Positions 37,537 through 47,985 are shown, counted from the stretch's first letter. The stretch is DNA of 64,000 bases from Planctomycetota bacterium (GCA_013911165.1 JACETR010000003.1:170-64169); one strand, 5' to 3'. Translations and numbers: made by a program. The notes: generated from the sequence alone by a model not told the origin.

Positions 37537-40500
37537 ATGAAGACGTCTCCCCTCGCCTTCCTGGTGTTTGTGATTCACCTTGTTGCGGTCACCACTTTTG
37601 TGGGTGCCCAGTGCGACCCTGTTGTCGACTGCAACGGGAATGGAGTCTTGGACAGTTGCGATATCGCTGATCACAACAGCGACGATTGCGACGGTGATGG
37701 CATTCCTGATGAGTGCCAGATCAGCTCTGACCCGAGCCTGGACTGTAACCAGGATCTGATCCTCGATGCCTGCGAGAGCAGCCTCGAGCAGATCCTGAAT
37801 GGTTCTGGATCGGATTATGGCAAGGGCCTGGACATGACGTCCAACTGGCTCGCCATAGGAGCACCGGATCATTCGACCGGAGGGAACTCCGTCGGCGCTG
37901 TCCATCTTTACCGCAATATCGGTAGTAGCTGGGTTTCTGCAGGAATGCTGCAGGCGCCATCTCTCTCTGCTGGAGCAGAGTTCGGCTACAGCGTTGCGAT
38001 CACGGATGACCTTCTCGTGATTGGTGCACCGGGGACCGACAGCAGCGGTAACTCTGACGAGGGTGCCGCCTACATCTACCGCAGAAGTGGCCTGAACTGG
38101 ATTCTTGAACAGGTTCTTGAGCCTGCAGGAAGCAACAGTGACGCCGAGTTTGGTATCTCCGTTGCTGTCGACGGCGAGCGTGTGGCTGTCGGTGCATGGT
38201 ACGCATTGACCACCAGTGATTCCGGCAGTGTCTACCTCTACAGCAATGACGGAAACGGTTGGAACCTCGACCAGTTGATCGAATCCCCCGATTCCAGTGG
38301 AGACAAGCACTTCGGATCCTCCATTGAGCTTTCTGGCGATTTTGTTGCCGTTTCCGATCCGCGTGCGGATGCCGGGCCGGTCGATGACGCTGGTGCTGTC
38401 TACATCTACAGAGCATTTAATGCGAGCCTCTGGGCGTTTTCACAGAAGATCACCTCTTCTTCGCCTGTCGATGGCGGCAAGTTTGGTTACTCCATCGATT
38501 TGCAGGATGGCCAGCTTTTTGTGGGTGCTCCCAACAGTGGATCTGATGCCCGGGGAGAGGCGCATCTGTTCACTCTTGGCGGCAGCATCTTCAGTTTCGA
38601 GATTGTTTTCACCGGTCTTTCCTCCAACTCAAACCTTGGACAGGACGTGGCAGTTGCCGACGGTGGCCTTGCTGCCGGTGCCTGGAAAGCCAATGGAAAT
38701 CTGGGGCAAGTCCTCGTTTTCCAGAAAGACGCCAACGGAACTTACCAGTTTGAGTCCTTTGATCCCCAGGGAGCACAGAGCGGAGACCGCTTTGGTGAGC
38801 GTGTTGCCGCGGGTGGACGTTGGATTGCCGGAGCCAGTTTGGTCGATTCATACGTGGCTCTCGATCGACTGATCGATCTGCCCGACTGTGATGAAAACGG
38901 TGTCGACGATCCCTGTGACATTTTCCTCGGTAATTCCCAGGACTGTAATCAGGACGGTAAGCCTGATTCCTGCCAGATTGCTGATGGAGAAGTCTCCGAC
39001 TGCAATCTGGACGGGATTCCCGATTCCTGCCAGTTGGATGACGGCTCTGAGCCGGACTGCAACCTCAACGGTGTGATCGACTCCTGCGATATCGACTTTG
39101 GAACCTCTGACGACTGTAACCACAACCAGATTCCCGACGATTGTGAATCTGACTGTAACCAGAACGACATCGAGGACAGTTGCGAAATCGCAGCAGGAAC
39201 CGCTGCGGACTGTAACTCCAACGGACTTCTCGACGCGTGTGATTTGATTGCTGGAACCGATACGGACTGCAACAACAACTCGATTCTTGACGGTTGTGAA
39301 ATTGCCGACGGCAACGCCACGGACTGTGATGAAAATGGAATTCTGGACGTTTGCGATATCCTGCTGGATTTCAACAACGACTGTAACTCCAACCAGATCC
39401 TCGACTCCTGCGAGATCGCCAACGGCACGGCCTTTGACTGTAACAACAACAGCAAGCCGGATATCTGCGACGTTGCATTCGGTATTTCACCGGATTGTGA
39501 CAATGACCTGATTCCCGACGAGTGCGAGTTGCAGGATGGCAGTGAGCCGGACTGTAACGGCAACAACATTCCCGACTCCTGCGATATTCTTGCGGGAATC
39601 GAGCAGGACTGTGAAGGAAACGGTATCCCGGACACCTGTGATGTTGCCAATGGTGCTCTGGACTGTAATGAAAACAATGTCCCCGACGTTTGCGAAGTGG
39701 ATGTTGATACCCAGCTGCCGACCTTCGAAGGCCTGAGTGGTGACCTTTCCATCAGTGCTCTCGAGGGAAGCTGCGAAGCACCGGCAACTTGGTCTGAGCC
39801 GACTGTCACGGATGATTGTGGCGTCGATTCTGTCATCAGCAGTCACACCTCCGGAGATTCCTTCCCGGTGGGCGACACTCTGGTGACCTACACGGCCACC
39901 GATGTGAGCGGCAACGTGAACACGGCCTCCTTTACGGTGACCATCACCGATGATCAGTTGCCTTCCATTGCCAACGGCCCCACGGACATCTCTGTCTCTA
40001 ACGATGCCGGCACGTGTCAGGCTGTGGTGAGCTGGGATGAGCCGAGCGCCGCAGACAACTGTGGAATCGCTGATCTTTCCAGCAACCATTCCGCCACCGA
40101 TTCTTTCCCTGTGGGAACGACCACGGTGACCTACACCGCAACCGATGTGAATGGCAACCAGACGACCCATTCCTTCAACGTCACTGTTTCTGACGACGAT
40201 CTTCCGGCGATCCACGGACTGCCCGGACCCGTCTTTGTGAACAGTAACCCCGGGTTCTGTACCGCAGCAGTCAGCTGGCCGGCACCGACCTTCTCCGACA
40301 ACTGTGACGATGTCACCGTCGAGGTGAATTATCAGTCCGGTTCCGCATTCACGGTGGGTGTCACCCTGGTGACCTACACCGTCACCGACGCAGCCGGAAA
40401 CATTGCGGAGGCCTCCTTCGAGTTGACCGTTCTGGATAACGAACTGCCGACCATCACCAATGTTCCGGCAGATGTGGTCCTCAACAATGATGAGGATCTC

Positions 40501-43500
40501 TGTGGTGCTGCCTACGTTTGGGAAGAGCCTGCTCTTTCCGACAACTGCGGTGCACCGGCGCTGACCTCCAGCCTCCAGTCGGGACACGTCTTCCCCGTTG
40601 GAACGACCTTCGTCAGCCTGACCGTGGATGACGGAAACTCCAACCTTGTAGAGACCGGATTCACCGTCACCGTTGTCGACAACACCTCTCCCCTGATCTC
40701 CAGAATGCCCACTGATATCGTCATCGAGGCTGATCAGGGTGGCTGTGACACTCTCGTCGAGTGGGAAGAGCCAGAGGCTGCCGACAACTGCGGAGTTTCG
40801 ACCCTCGTCGCCAACAATGTCCCGGGAATTTACGCCGTCGGAACCACGGAAGTGGTCTACACGGCTCAGGATATTCACGGCAACATCACCCTTGAGTCCT
40901 TCACTGTGACCGTGGTCGACAGTCAGTCTCCGGAGCTTTCCGGTCTGCCCGTTGATCTTTCCACCGACAACCTGTTGGGTCTTTGTGGCGCAAACCTCGC
41001 CTGGCCTGAGCCGAGTGCCGCAGACAACTGTGGAGTGGAAAGCATCGAATCCACCCATTCCCCGGGTGACGAGTTCCCTGTGGGAATCACGACCGTCATT
41101 TACACGGTGACCGATATCAACGGTAACGTAACCAATGAGTCGTTCCAGGTGACCATTCACGACGTGGACGCCCCTGAGATCGACAACATGCCCGCCGACA
41201 TCACCACGACCAATGACGAAGGTGACTGTGGCGCACTGGTCAGCTGGACTGAGCCGGTGGCATGGGATAACTGTGAAGTGATCGAACTTGTCTCGAGCCA
41301 TGAGAATGGCGGATTCTTCCCGGTGGGCACCACTGAGGTGACCTACACCGCGAAAGATGACTCCGATCTGGAGTACAGCGAGTCCTTCCTGATCACCGTT
41401 TCCGACGACGAAGCCCCGGTCCTGATTGGACTGGCCGAGCAAGTGACCTACAGCAACGTTGAAGGTCTTTGCAGTGGTTTGGCCACCTGGGACCTCCCCA
41501 GTGCCAGTGACAACTGTGAAGTCAGTGAGATCACTTCAACCCACGAGCCGGGTTGGTCCTTCAATGTTGGAAGCACCCTGGTGACCTACACTGTGACCGA
41601 TATCCACGGCAACTCTTCTCAGGAAGTTCTGATCGTGGTCATCGAAGACACCGAAGCACCGACTTTCGTCAGTGTGCCGGATGACATTCAGGCCACCACT
41701 GAGCCTGGAATCTGCACGACGATCGTCAACTGGGATATCCCGGTTGTTGACGACAACTGTGAGATCTTCAGCCTTTCGACCAGCAACCTTCGCGGAACCG
41801 AGTTTGGTGTCGGTGTGACCACCGTCACTTACACGGCCACCGACATTCACGGAAACTCCACCGATCACAGCTTCGTGATTACCGTTTCCGACGACGAAAT
41901 GCCGGTGATCGACCCTGTTCCGGAGATTATCGAGGTCAACACCGATCCTGGACAGTGCAACGCCATCGTTCACTGGGAAGATGCGTTCGCCACCGACAAC
42001 TGTGGAATCCTCAGTTACGAGGCGAGCCACGAGTCCGGTGACCTCTTCGAGCTGGGAACGACGACCGTGACCCTGACCACCATGGACATCCACTTCAACG
42101 TCACCACTGAGACCTTCGACGTTGTTGTGACCGATGCCGAGGCGGCCGAGTTCACTTCCTTCCCCGATGACATTCAGCTGATCGCCGAGCCGGGACTGTG
42201 CTCTGCCATGGCCGATTGGGATGCTGCCACTGCTTCCGACAACTGTGGTGTGGCGAGTATCGTCTCTGATCGTCAGCCCGGAGAGCACTTCGATGTGGGT
42301 ACCACTGAAGTGACCTTCACCCTGACCGACGTCAACGGCAATGTGACCGAGGATTCGATTCTGATCACCGTGGAAGACCTCGAGCTTCCTGTGATCACCA
42401 ATCTTCCCGATCGCATCACCGTGGGAACCGAACCTGGAATCTGTCTTGGAACCACTTCCTGGACGACTCCGGATGTTTCTGACAACTGTGCTGTCGACAC
42501 TCTCGTTGCCAGTGTGGAGAGCGGAACGATGTTGCCGATCGGTGAAACCGCCGTGACCTACACCGTGACCGATATCCACGGAAACTCCAGCAGCCAGAGC
42601 TTCATCGTGACTGTTCAAGACCAGGAGCTTCCGCAGATCATCAACATTCCTGCCGACATCACCCAGACCAACGATACCGGTGCCTGTGGCGCGGTCATCA
42701 TGTGGGATGCTGCTGACGCCCTCGACAACTGTGAGGTTGCCGACCTTCAGAGCAGCCACAACAGCGGAGATTTCTTCCCCGTTGGAACCACGACGGTGAC
42801 TCTGACAGCGACCGACACCACCGGAAACAGTCACTCTGAGACCTTCGAGGTCACCGTCACCGACGATGAGAATCCGATTCTCTCCGGTGTTTCCGGCGAC
42901 CTTGTCAGCGACAGCGACGCCGGTGAGTGCGGAGCGATCGTGTCCTGGGCCGATCCGACCGCCACCGACAACTGCGGTGATTTGACCCTGACCTCCAACC
43001 ACAACCCGGGAGATTTCTTCCCGGTGGGTACCACAGTCGTGACCTACGTGGCAGTGGACCAGTACGGCAACGCCACGACCCAGCATTACTCGGTGACGGT
43101 GAACGACGTCGAGGATCCGCAAATCAGTGGCATGCCTGCGGACATCCAGCAGAACACTGATCCGGGCATCTGTGGTGCCGTGATTGAGTGGACTCTTCCG
43201 CAGTCCTCCGACAACTGTGACGTGCTTTCCCTGACTTCGGATTACCAGTCAGGTGAGACTTTCCCCGAGGGAACCACCACGGTGACCTACACGGTGGAAG
43301 ATATTCACGGCAACAGCAGTAGTGCCAGTTTCCAGATCACCATCAGCGATGCCGAGGCTCCGGAGTTCACCTCCGTGCCCGCACCGATCTCCGTCAACAA
43401 TGACCTTGGAGATTGTGGAGCGATCGTCGAGTGGAGTGCACCGCAGGCACAGGACAACTGTGACGTTGCGGGAATCACCCTGAGCCATCAGTCCGGAGAC

Positions 43501-46500
43501 CAGTTCCCGGTCGGTGAAACGACGGTGAGCCTGACCGTGACCGATATTCACGGCAACAGCACTGACGACAGCTTCACTGTGACCGTCACCGACAACGAGA
43601 ACCCTGTGATCACCGACAGCCCGGACAGCATCACCCTGACCAATGATCTTGGTGAGTGCGGTGCGGTGGTGACCTGGGCCGAGCCGAATGCCGCTGACAA
43701 CTGTGAAGTCAGCACCTTCGAGCCGAGCCTGCCCAGCGGCAGCTTCTTCGAAGTCGGTGTGAATGTGGTGACCTACACGGCCATCGACATTTACGGTAAC
43801 TTCAGCACCGAGAAGTTCTTTGTGACCGTGACTGACAATGAGAACCCTGCGTTCGAGAACATGTCAGCGGATATCACCCTGAACTCCGAGCCGGGGCTTT
43901 GCTCCGCAGTCGTCACCTGGGTGGATCCCCAGCCTGTCGACAACTGTGAAATCTTCGACAGCTCCTCTTCGCACCTTCCGGGAGACACTTTCCTGGTAGG
44001 CACGACCGAGGTCAGCTACTCGACTACCGATATCCACGGCAACTCCTTCAGCACCAGCTTCAATGTGACGGTGCTGGACGAAGAAGCCCCAATGATCATG
44101 GACATGCCTGCCAGCCGTCAGCTGCAGACTGATCCGGGTCAGTGCGGTGCTGTGGCCCTGTGGACCGAGCCCTCCTCGACTGACAACTGCCAGGTGGACA
44201 CTTTCGTCTCCAGTCACAACTCCGGAGATTTCTTCCCGGTGGGTGACACGACGGTGACCTACACTTCCACCGACATTCACGGCAATGAGTCGAGCGAGAC
44301 TTTCGTGATCACCGTCGACGACAACGAGAACCCGCAGATCAGTGGTCTTTCCCTCGATCTGACCCTCGACAACGACGCCGGTGAGTGTGCGGCTGTGGCC
44401 ACATGGACTGAGCCTTCTGCCTCAGACAACTGTGACATCCAGTCCTTCACCAGCTCCCACGCCAGCGGTGACTCGTTCCCTGTGGGATCCACGACCGTTT
44501 CCTACACGGCTCTGGATATCCATGGCAACGAAACCACCGAGTCCTTCAGCGTGACGGTCCTCGACACCGAGAACCCGGTGATTCTGGGACTCAGCGGTGA
44601 TCTGGCCTCGACCAACGATCCTGGTGCCTGTGGTGCCCTGATCACCTGGACGGAGCCGACTGCCGAGGACAACTGTTCCATTCAGTCCTTGACCAGCACC
44701 CACAACAGTGGCGACTTCTTCGAGGTCGGAACCACGACGGTGACCTACACCGCTCTGGATATCCACGGCAATGAGTTGAGTGGCTCCTTCAACGTCACCA
44801 TCAGTGACGACGAGAACCCGGAGATCCTCGGACTCAGTGGTGACATTGCTTCAACCAATGACGCCGGTGCCTGTGGTGCCGTGATCGGCTGGACCGAGCC
44901 GACTGCCATCGACAACTGTGACGTTCAGTCTCTGACCAGTAGTCACAACAGTGGCGACTTCTTCGAAGTCGGAACCACGACCGTGACCTACACCGCCATG
45001 GATATCCACGGCAACATGATCAGCGGCTCCTTCAATGTTTCGGTGAGCGACGACGAGAACCCGGAGATTCTGGGTCTCAGCCTCGATATCACCGTCTCGA
45101 ATGATCTGGGAGAGTGTGGTGCCAATGTCAGCTGGACCGAGCCGACCGCTCAGGACAACTGCGAAATCCAGTCCTTCACCCAGACGCATGTCAGCGGAAC
45201 CTACTTCGAAGTGGGAACCGAAACCGTGACCTTCACGGCCGTCGATATCCACGGCAACACGACCAGTGGATCCTTCGACGTGACCGTCAATGACGAGGAA
45301 AGCCCGATCATCAGCGGCTTGACCGGTGATCTCACCGTCAACAATGACGCCGGTGATTGCGCTGCAATCGTGACCTGGAACGAGCCGACGATCACCGACA
45401 ACTGTGATTTCGTCAATGTCACCCGCAGTCACGACAGCGGTTCTTCCTTCCCCGTGGGTACCACTGAGGTTCTCTACGAAGCGGAAGACATTTACGGTAA
45501 CCAGGTGACCGAGACCTTCTCGGTGACCGTGATCGACGCAGAGAACCCGGAGATCCTGGGCCTCAGCGGTGACATTGCCTCGACCAACGATGCCGGTGCC
45601 TGTGGTGCCGTGATCGGCTGGACGGAGCCGACCGCCGAGGACAACTGCGGAATCCAATCCTTGACCAGCAGTCACAACAGTGGTGACCTCTTCGAGGTTG
45701 GAACCACGACCGTGACCTACACGGCTCTCGATATCCACGGCAATGAGCTCAGCGGCTCCTTCAACGTCACCATCAGTGACGACGAAAACCCGGTCATTCT
45801 GGGTCTCAGCGGCAACATCGCTGCGTCGAACGACGCCGGTGACTGTGGTGCCGTGATCACCTGGACCGAGCCGAGTGCTATCGACAACTGTGACGTTCAG
45901 TCTCTGACCAGCAGTCACAACAGTGGCGACTTCTTCGAGGTCGGAACCACAACCGTGACCTACACTGCACAGGATATCCACGGCAACGAGATCAGCGGTT
46001 CCTTCGACGTCACGGTCAGTGACGACGAGAACCCCGTCATTCTGGGTCTCAGCGGCAACATCGCTGCGTCGAACGACGCCGGTGACTGTGGTGCCGTGAT
46101 CACCTGGACCGAGCCGAGTGCCATCGACAACTGTGACGTTCAGTCTCTGACCAGCAGTCACAACAGTGGCGACTTCTTCGAGGTCGGAACCACAACGGTG
46201 ACCTACACCTCCATGGACATTCACGGCAACATGATCAGCGGCTCCTTCGACGTCAGCATCAGCGACGACGAAGCACCGGTCTTGGCCAACGTTCCCATGG
46301 ATATGGTCCTGACCAATGATCCGGGTGATTGTGGTGCGATTGCAACTTGGGCGAACCCCTCCTCCAGTGACAACTGCGGAGTCTCCCTGAGTCAGCAGTC
46401 TCACGACTCCGGAGATTTCTTCCCGGTGGGAACCACGATCGTCTCCTTCGATATCGAGGATGAGGCCGGCAACTCAGCGAGTGCCAGCTTCCAGATCACC

Positions 46501-47964
46501 GTCCTCGACGAAGAGAACCCGTCGATCTCTGGCCTCTCCGGAGACCTTACGGTCAACAATACTCCGGGCGAATGCTCCGCGGTGGTGACCTGGTCGATGC
46601 CTTCTGCCAATGACAACTGTGGCATTGCCTCCTTCGAGTTGAGCCACGACAGCGGCAGCACCTTCCCGGTTGGTACCACTCTGGTGACGGCTACCGCCAC
46701 CGACGACGCCGGTAACGAGACAGAGGAATCCTTCGAGATCACCGTTCTTGATAACGAGAACCCGGCGATCCTCAACCTCTCCGGTGACATCAACCTTTCG
46801 AACGAGATTCGCGAGTGTGGTGCGACTGCCACCTGGGCCGATCACATTGCGGTCGACAACTGTGGATTTGTCGCTGTGACCACCAGCCATGATTCCGGTG
46901 ACTTCTTCCCGGTGGGATCCACGGTTGTCACCGTGACCGCCACGGACGACGCCGGTAACGAGACCACGGGCACCTTCACCGTGACCGTGATCGACGACGA
47001 AGATCCGAGAATCCTTGGCACGCCGACCGACATCTCCCTGGAGAACGATCCAGGTGAGTGCGGCGCAGTGGCCACCTGGAGTGCGTTCGGTGTGGTCGAC
47101 AACTGCCCGGGAGCTTCTCTCGAGATCTCCCATGATTCCGGCACCCAGTTCCCTGTGGGCCAGACCGAGGTGGTTCTGACGCTGACCGATACCGCTGGAA
47201 ACCAGGTCCTGTTGTCCTTCTTCGTCACTGTGGCCGATACCGAAGCCCCGACGATTGAAGCCCCGGCTTCCATCGCTGTCGACGCCACCCCTGAGTCCTG
47301 TGACGCCACCATCGTGGTCGCCGGTCCTCAGGTTTCCGATAACTGTGACGTGGCCACTGTGACCAACAGCTACACCGGTGCCTCCGACGCCAATGGAACC
47401 TACCCGCTGGGTGACACTGTGATCACTTGGACGGTGACCGATATCCATGGCAACGAGAGCAGTGCCGATCAGTTGATCACCGTCAATGTTGATCAGACGG
47501 ACTGTAATGCCAACGGTACACCGGACGTCTGTGAGATTGCCAGTGGCGCAGCCAGCGACTGCAACTCGAACGGAATCCCGGACGAGTGTGAAGCAGACTG
47601 TAACGGCAACGGAACTCCGGATGATTGCGACATCGCTTCGGGCACCAGCCTCGACACCAATGGAAACGGCACACCGGATGAGTGTGAGACCCAGTTCCAA
47701 CGTGGAGATGCCAACGCCAGTGGCAACGTCAATGTCACCGACCCGATCTACATTCTTCAGTATGTAATCGGAACCGGACCGACTCCGACCTGCCTTGACA
47801 GTGCAGACGTCAACGACGACGAGCAGCTGGATCTGACTGACACCATCAGTCTTTTGCAGTACCTGTTCATGGCTTCAACTCCGCCGGGTGCACCTTTCGG
47901 TAACTGCGGAATTGATCCGGACGGCGAAAGCATCGGCTGTGAGAGCTTCTCGACCTGCCCCTGA
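37537..47964 (+). CDS. Giant secreted adhesin-like protein 2 (~3,475 aa): 3 + 15 + 4 Cys-bracketed Ca-loops, FG-GAP region, 32 HYR modules and a dockerin-like C-terminus
   Basis: ORF 37498..47964, with the start at ATG 37537 (GGAGG 8 nt upstream; MKTSPLAFLVFVIHLVAVTTFVGAQ signal). There are several FG-GAP-like units (FGYSVAITDDLLVIGAPGTDSSGNSDEGAAYIY). HYR cores were hand-counted from CEAPATWSEPTVTDDCGV to CDATIVVAGPQVSDNCDV. Confidence 0.95.
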   Translation: MKTSPLAFLVFVIHLVAVTTFVGAQCDPVVDCNGNGVLDSCDIADHNSDDCDGDGIPDECQISSDPSLDCNQDLILDACESSLEQILNGSGSDYGKGLDMTSNWLAIGAPDHSTGGNSVGAVHLYRNIGSSWVSAGMLQAPSLSAGAEFGYSVAITDDLLVIGAPGTDSSGNSDEGAAYIYRRSGLNWILEQVLEPAGSNSDAEFGISVAVDGERVAVGAWYALTTSDSGSVYLYSNDGNGWNLDQLIESPDSSGDKHFGSSIELSGDFVAVSDPRADAGPVDDAGAVYIYRAFNASLWAFSQKITSSSPVDGGKFGYSIDLQDGQLFVGAPNSGSDARGEAHLFTLGGSIFSFEIVFTGLSSNSNLGQDVAVADGGLAAGAWKANGNLGQVLVFQKDANGTYQFESFDPQGAQSGDRFGERVAAGGRWIAGASLVDSYVALDRLIDLPDCDENGVDDPCDIFLGNSQDCNQDGKPDSCQIADGEVSDCNLDGIPDSCQLDDGSEPDCNLNGVIDSCDIDFGTSDDCNHNQIPDDCESDCNQNDIEDSCEIAAGTAADCNSNGLLDACDLIAGTDTDCNNNSILDGCEIADGNATDCDENGILDVCDILLDFNNDCNSNQILDSCEIANGTAFDCNNNSKPDICDVAFGISPDCDNDLIPDECELQDGSEPDCNGNNIPDSCDILAGIEQDCEGNGIPDTCDVANGALDCNENNVPDVCEVDVDTQLPTFEGLSGDLSISALEGSCEAPATWSEPTVTDDCGVDSVISSHTSGDSFPVGDTLVTYTATDVSGNVNTASFTVTITDDQLPSIANGPTDISVSNDAGTCQAVVSWDEPSAADNCGIADLSSNHSATDSFPVGTTTVTYTATDVNGNQTTHSFNVTVSDDDLPAIHGLPGPVFVNSNPGFCTAAVSWPAPTFSDNCDDVTVEVNYQSGSAFTVGVTLVTYTVTDAAGNIAEASFELTVLDNELPTITNVPADVVLNNDEDLCGAAYVWEEPALSDNCGAPALTSSLQSGHVFPVGTTFVSLTVDDGNSNLVETGFTVTVVDNTSPLISRMPTDIVIEADQGGCDTLVEWEEPEAADNCGVSTLVANNVPGIYAVGTTEVVYTAQDIHGNITLESFTVTVVDSQSPELSGLPVDLSTDNLLGLCGANLAWPEPSAADNCGVESIESTHSPGDEFPVGITTVIYTVTDINGNVTNESFQVTIHDVDAPEIDNMPADITTTNDEGDCGALVSWTEPVAWDNCEVIELVSSHENGGFFPVGTTEVTYTAKDDSDLEYSESFLITVSDDEAPVLIGLAEQVTYSNVEGLCSGLATWDLPSASDNCEVSEITSTHEPGWSFNVGSTLVTYTVTDIHGNSSQEVLIVVIEDTEAPTFVSVPDDIQATTEPGICTTIVNWDIPVVDDNCEIFSLSTSNLRGTEFGVGVTTVTYTATDIHGNSTDHSFVITVSDDEMPVIDPVPEIIEVNTDPGQCNAIVHWEDAFATDNCGILSYEASHESGDLFELGTTTVTLTTMDIHFNVTTETFDVVVTDAEAAEFTSFPDDIQLIAEPGLCSAMADWDAATASDNCGVASIVSDRQPGEHFDVGTTEVTFTLTDVNGNVTEDSILITVEDLELPVITNLPDRITVGTEPGICLGTTSWTTPDVSDNCAVDTLVASVESGTMLPIGETAVTYTVTDIHGNSSSQSFIVTVQDQELPQIINIPADITQTNDTGACGAVIMWDAADALDNCEVADLQSSHNSGDFFPVGTTTVTLTATDTTGNSHSETFEVTVTDDENPILSGVSGDLVSDSDAGECGAIVSWADPTATDNCGDLTLTSNHNPGDFFPVGTTVVTYVAVDQYGNATTQHYSVTVNDVEDPQISGMPADIQQNTDPGICGAVIEWTLPQSSDNCDVLSLTSDYQSGETFPEGTTTVTYTVEDIHGNSSSASFQITISDAEAPEFTSVPAPISVNNDLGDCGAIVEWSAPQAQDNCDVAGITLSHQSGDQFPVGETTVSLTVTDIHGNSTDDSFTVTVTDNENPVITDSPDSITLTNDLGECGAVVTWAEPNAADNCEVSTFEPSLPSGSFFEVGVNVVTYTAIDIYGNFSTEKFFVTVTDNENPAFENMSADITLNSEPGLCSAVVTWVDPQPVDNCEIFDSSSSHLPGDTFLVGTTEVSYSTTDIHGNSFSTSFNVTVLDEEAPMIMDMPASRQLQTDPGQCGAVALWTEPSSTDNCQVDTFVSSHNSGDFFPVGDTTVTYTSTDIHGNESSETFVITVDDNENPQISGLSLDLTLDNDAGECAAVATWTEPSASDNCDIQSFTSSHASGDSFPVGSTTVSYTALDIHGNETTESFSVTVLDTENPVILGLSGDLASTNDPGACGALITWTEPTAEDNCSIQSLTSTHNSGDFFEVGTTTVTYTALDIHGNELSGSFNVTISDDENPEILGLSGDIASTNDAGACGAVIGWTEPTAIDNCDVQSLTSSHNSGDFFEVGTTTVTYTAMDIHGNMISGSFNVSVSDDENPEILGLSLDITVSNDLGECGANVSWTEPTAQDNCEIQSFTQTHVSGTYFEVGTETVTFTAVDIHGNTTSGSFDVTVNDEESPIISGLTGDLTVNNDAGDCAAIVTWNEPTITDNCDFVNVTRSHDSGSSFPVGTTEVLYEAEDIYGNQVTETFSVTVIDAENPEILGLSGDIASTNDAGACGAVIGWTEPTAEDNCGIQSLTSSHNSGDLFEVGTTTVTYTALDIHGNELSGSFNVTISDDENPVILGLSGNIAASNDAGDCGAVITWTEPSAIDNCDVQSLTSSHNSGDFFEVGTTTVTYTAQDIHGNEISGSFDVTVSDDENPVILGLSGNIAASNDAGDCGAVITWTEPSAIDNCDVQSLTSSHNSGDFFEVGTTTVTYTSMDIHGNMISGSFDVSISDDEAPVLANVPMDMVLTNDPGDCGAIATWANPSSSDNCGVSLSQQSHDSGDFFPVGTTIVSFDIEDEAGNSASASFQITVLDEENPSISGLSGDLTVNNTPGECSAVVTWSMPSANDNCGIASFELSHDSGSTFPVGTTLVTATATDDAGNETEESFEITVLDNENPAILNLSGDINLSNEIRECGATATWADHIAVDNCGFVAVTTSHDSGDFFPVGSTVVTVTATDDAGNETTGTFTVTVIDDEDPRILGTPTDISLENDPGECGAVATWSAFGVVDNCPGASLEISHDSGTQFPVGQTEVVLTLTDTAGNQVLLSFFVTVADTEAPTIEAPASIAVDATPESCDATIVVAGPQVSDNCDVATVTNSYTGASDANGTYPLGDTVITWTVTDIHGNESSADQLITVNVDQTDCNANGTPDVCEIASGAASDCNSNGIPDECEADCNGNGTPDDCDIASGTSLDTNGNGTPDECETQFQRGDANASGNVNVTDPIYILQYVIGTGPTPTCLDSADVNDDEQLDLTDTISLLQYLFMASTPPGAPFGNCGIDPDGESIGCESFSTCP
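38884..39699 (+). repeat. 15 tandem ~19-aa Cys-bracketed EF-hand-like loops
   Basis: DCDENGVDDPCDIFLGNSQ / DCNQDGKPDSCQIADGEVS / ... / DCNENNVPDVCEV, counted by hand in frame. Confidence 0.85.
39700..47490 (+). repeat. Array of 32 HYR modules (31 canonical plus 1 divergent terminal module)
   Basis: Regular 81-aa period with the C.A..W..P...DNC core and ...FPVG.T.VTYTA.D..GN... Confidence 0.85.
44563..46263 (+). repeat. Seven exactly 243-nt HYR units, five of them near-identical at the DNA level
   Basis: Units start at 44563, 44806, 45049, 45292, 45535, 45778 and 46021. By manual alignment, 45778-46020 and 46021-46263 differ at ~18 of 243 nt. Only 4 of those differences fall in the first ~190 nt. 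Confidence 0.85.
47695..47961 (+). other. Dockerin-like module with Cys-rich tail (giant 2)
   Basis: FQRGDANASGNVNVTDPIYILQYVI...PTCLDSADVNDDEQLDLTDTISLLQYLF...NCGIDPDGESIGCESFSTCP-stop. Confidence 0.75.
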
Positions 47965-47985
47965 TAACGATTGAATGAAAATGAA

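Noticed and set aside
37252-38310. 352-aa minus-strand ORF spanning the giant-2 promoter region and 5' end. A similar one lies at 62036..62917(-) over the paralog-4 start.
   Set aside because: Both overlap the signal peptide, Cys-loop and FG-GAP coding regions of the plus-strand genes. Those regions are conserved among three paralogs. The minus-strand products are not conserved with each other.
39487-46404. Very long antisense ORFs inside giant gene 2: 39487..41442 (651 aa), 41536..43122 (528 aa), 44851..46404 (517 aa). There are analogous ones in giant 3: 53085..54371, 54699..55964, 58701..59579.
   Set aside because: They lie entirely within, and opposite to, uninterrupted HYR-coding sequence. 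Their translations are low-complexity (G/V/D/R/H-rich) mirror images of the repeats, with no domains or RBS. Biased codon composition in the sense frame simply suppresses stop codons on the opposite strand.
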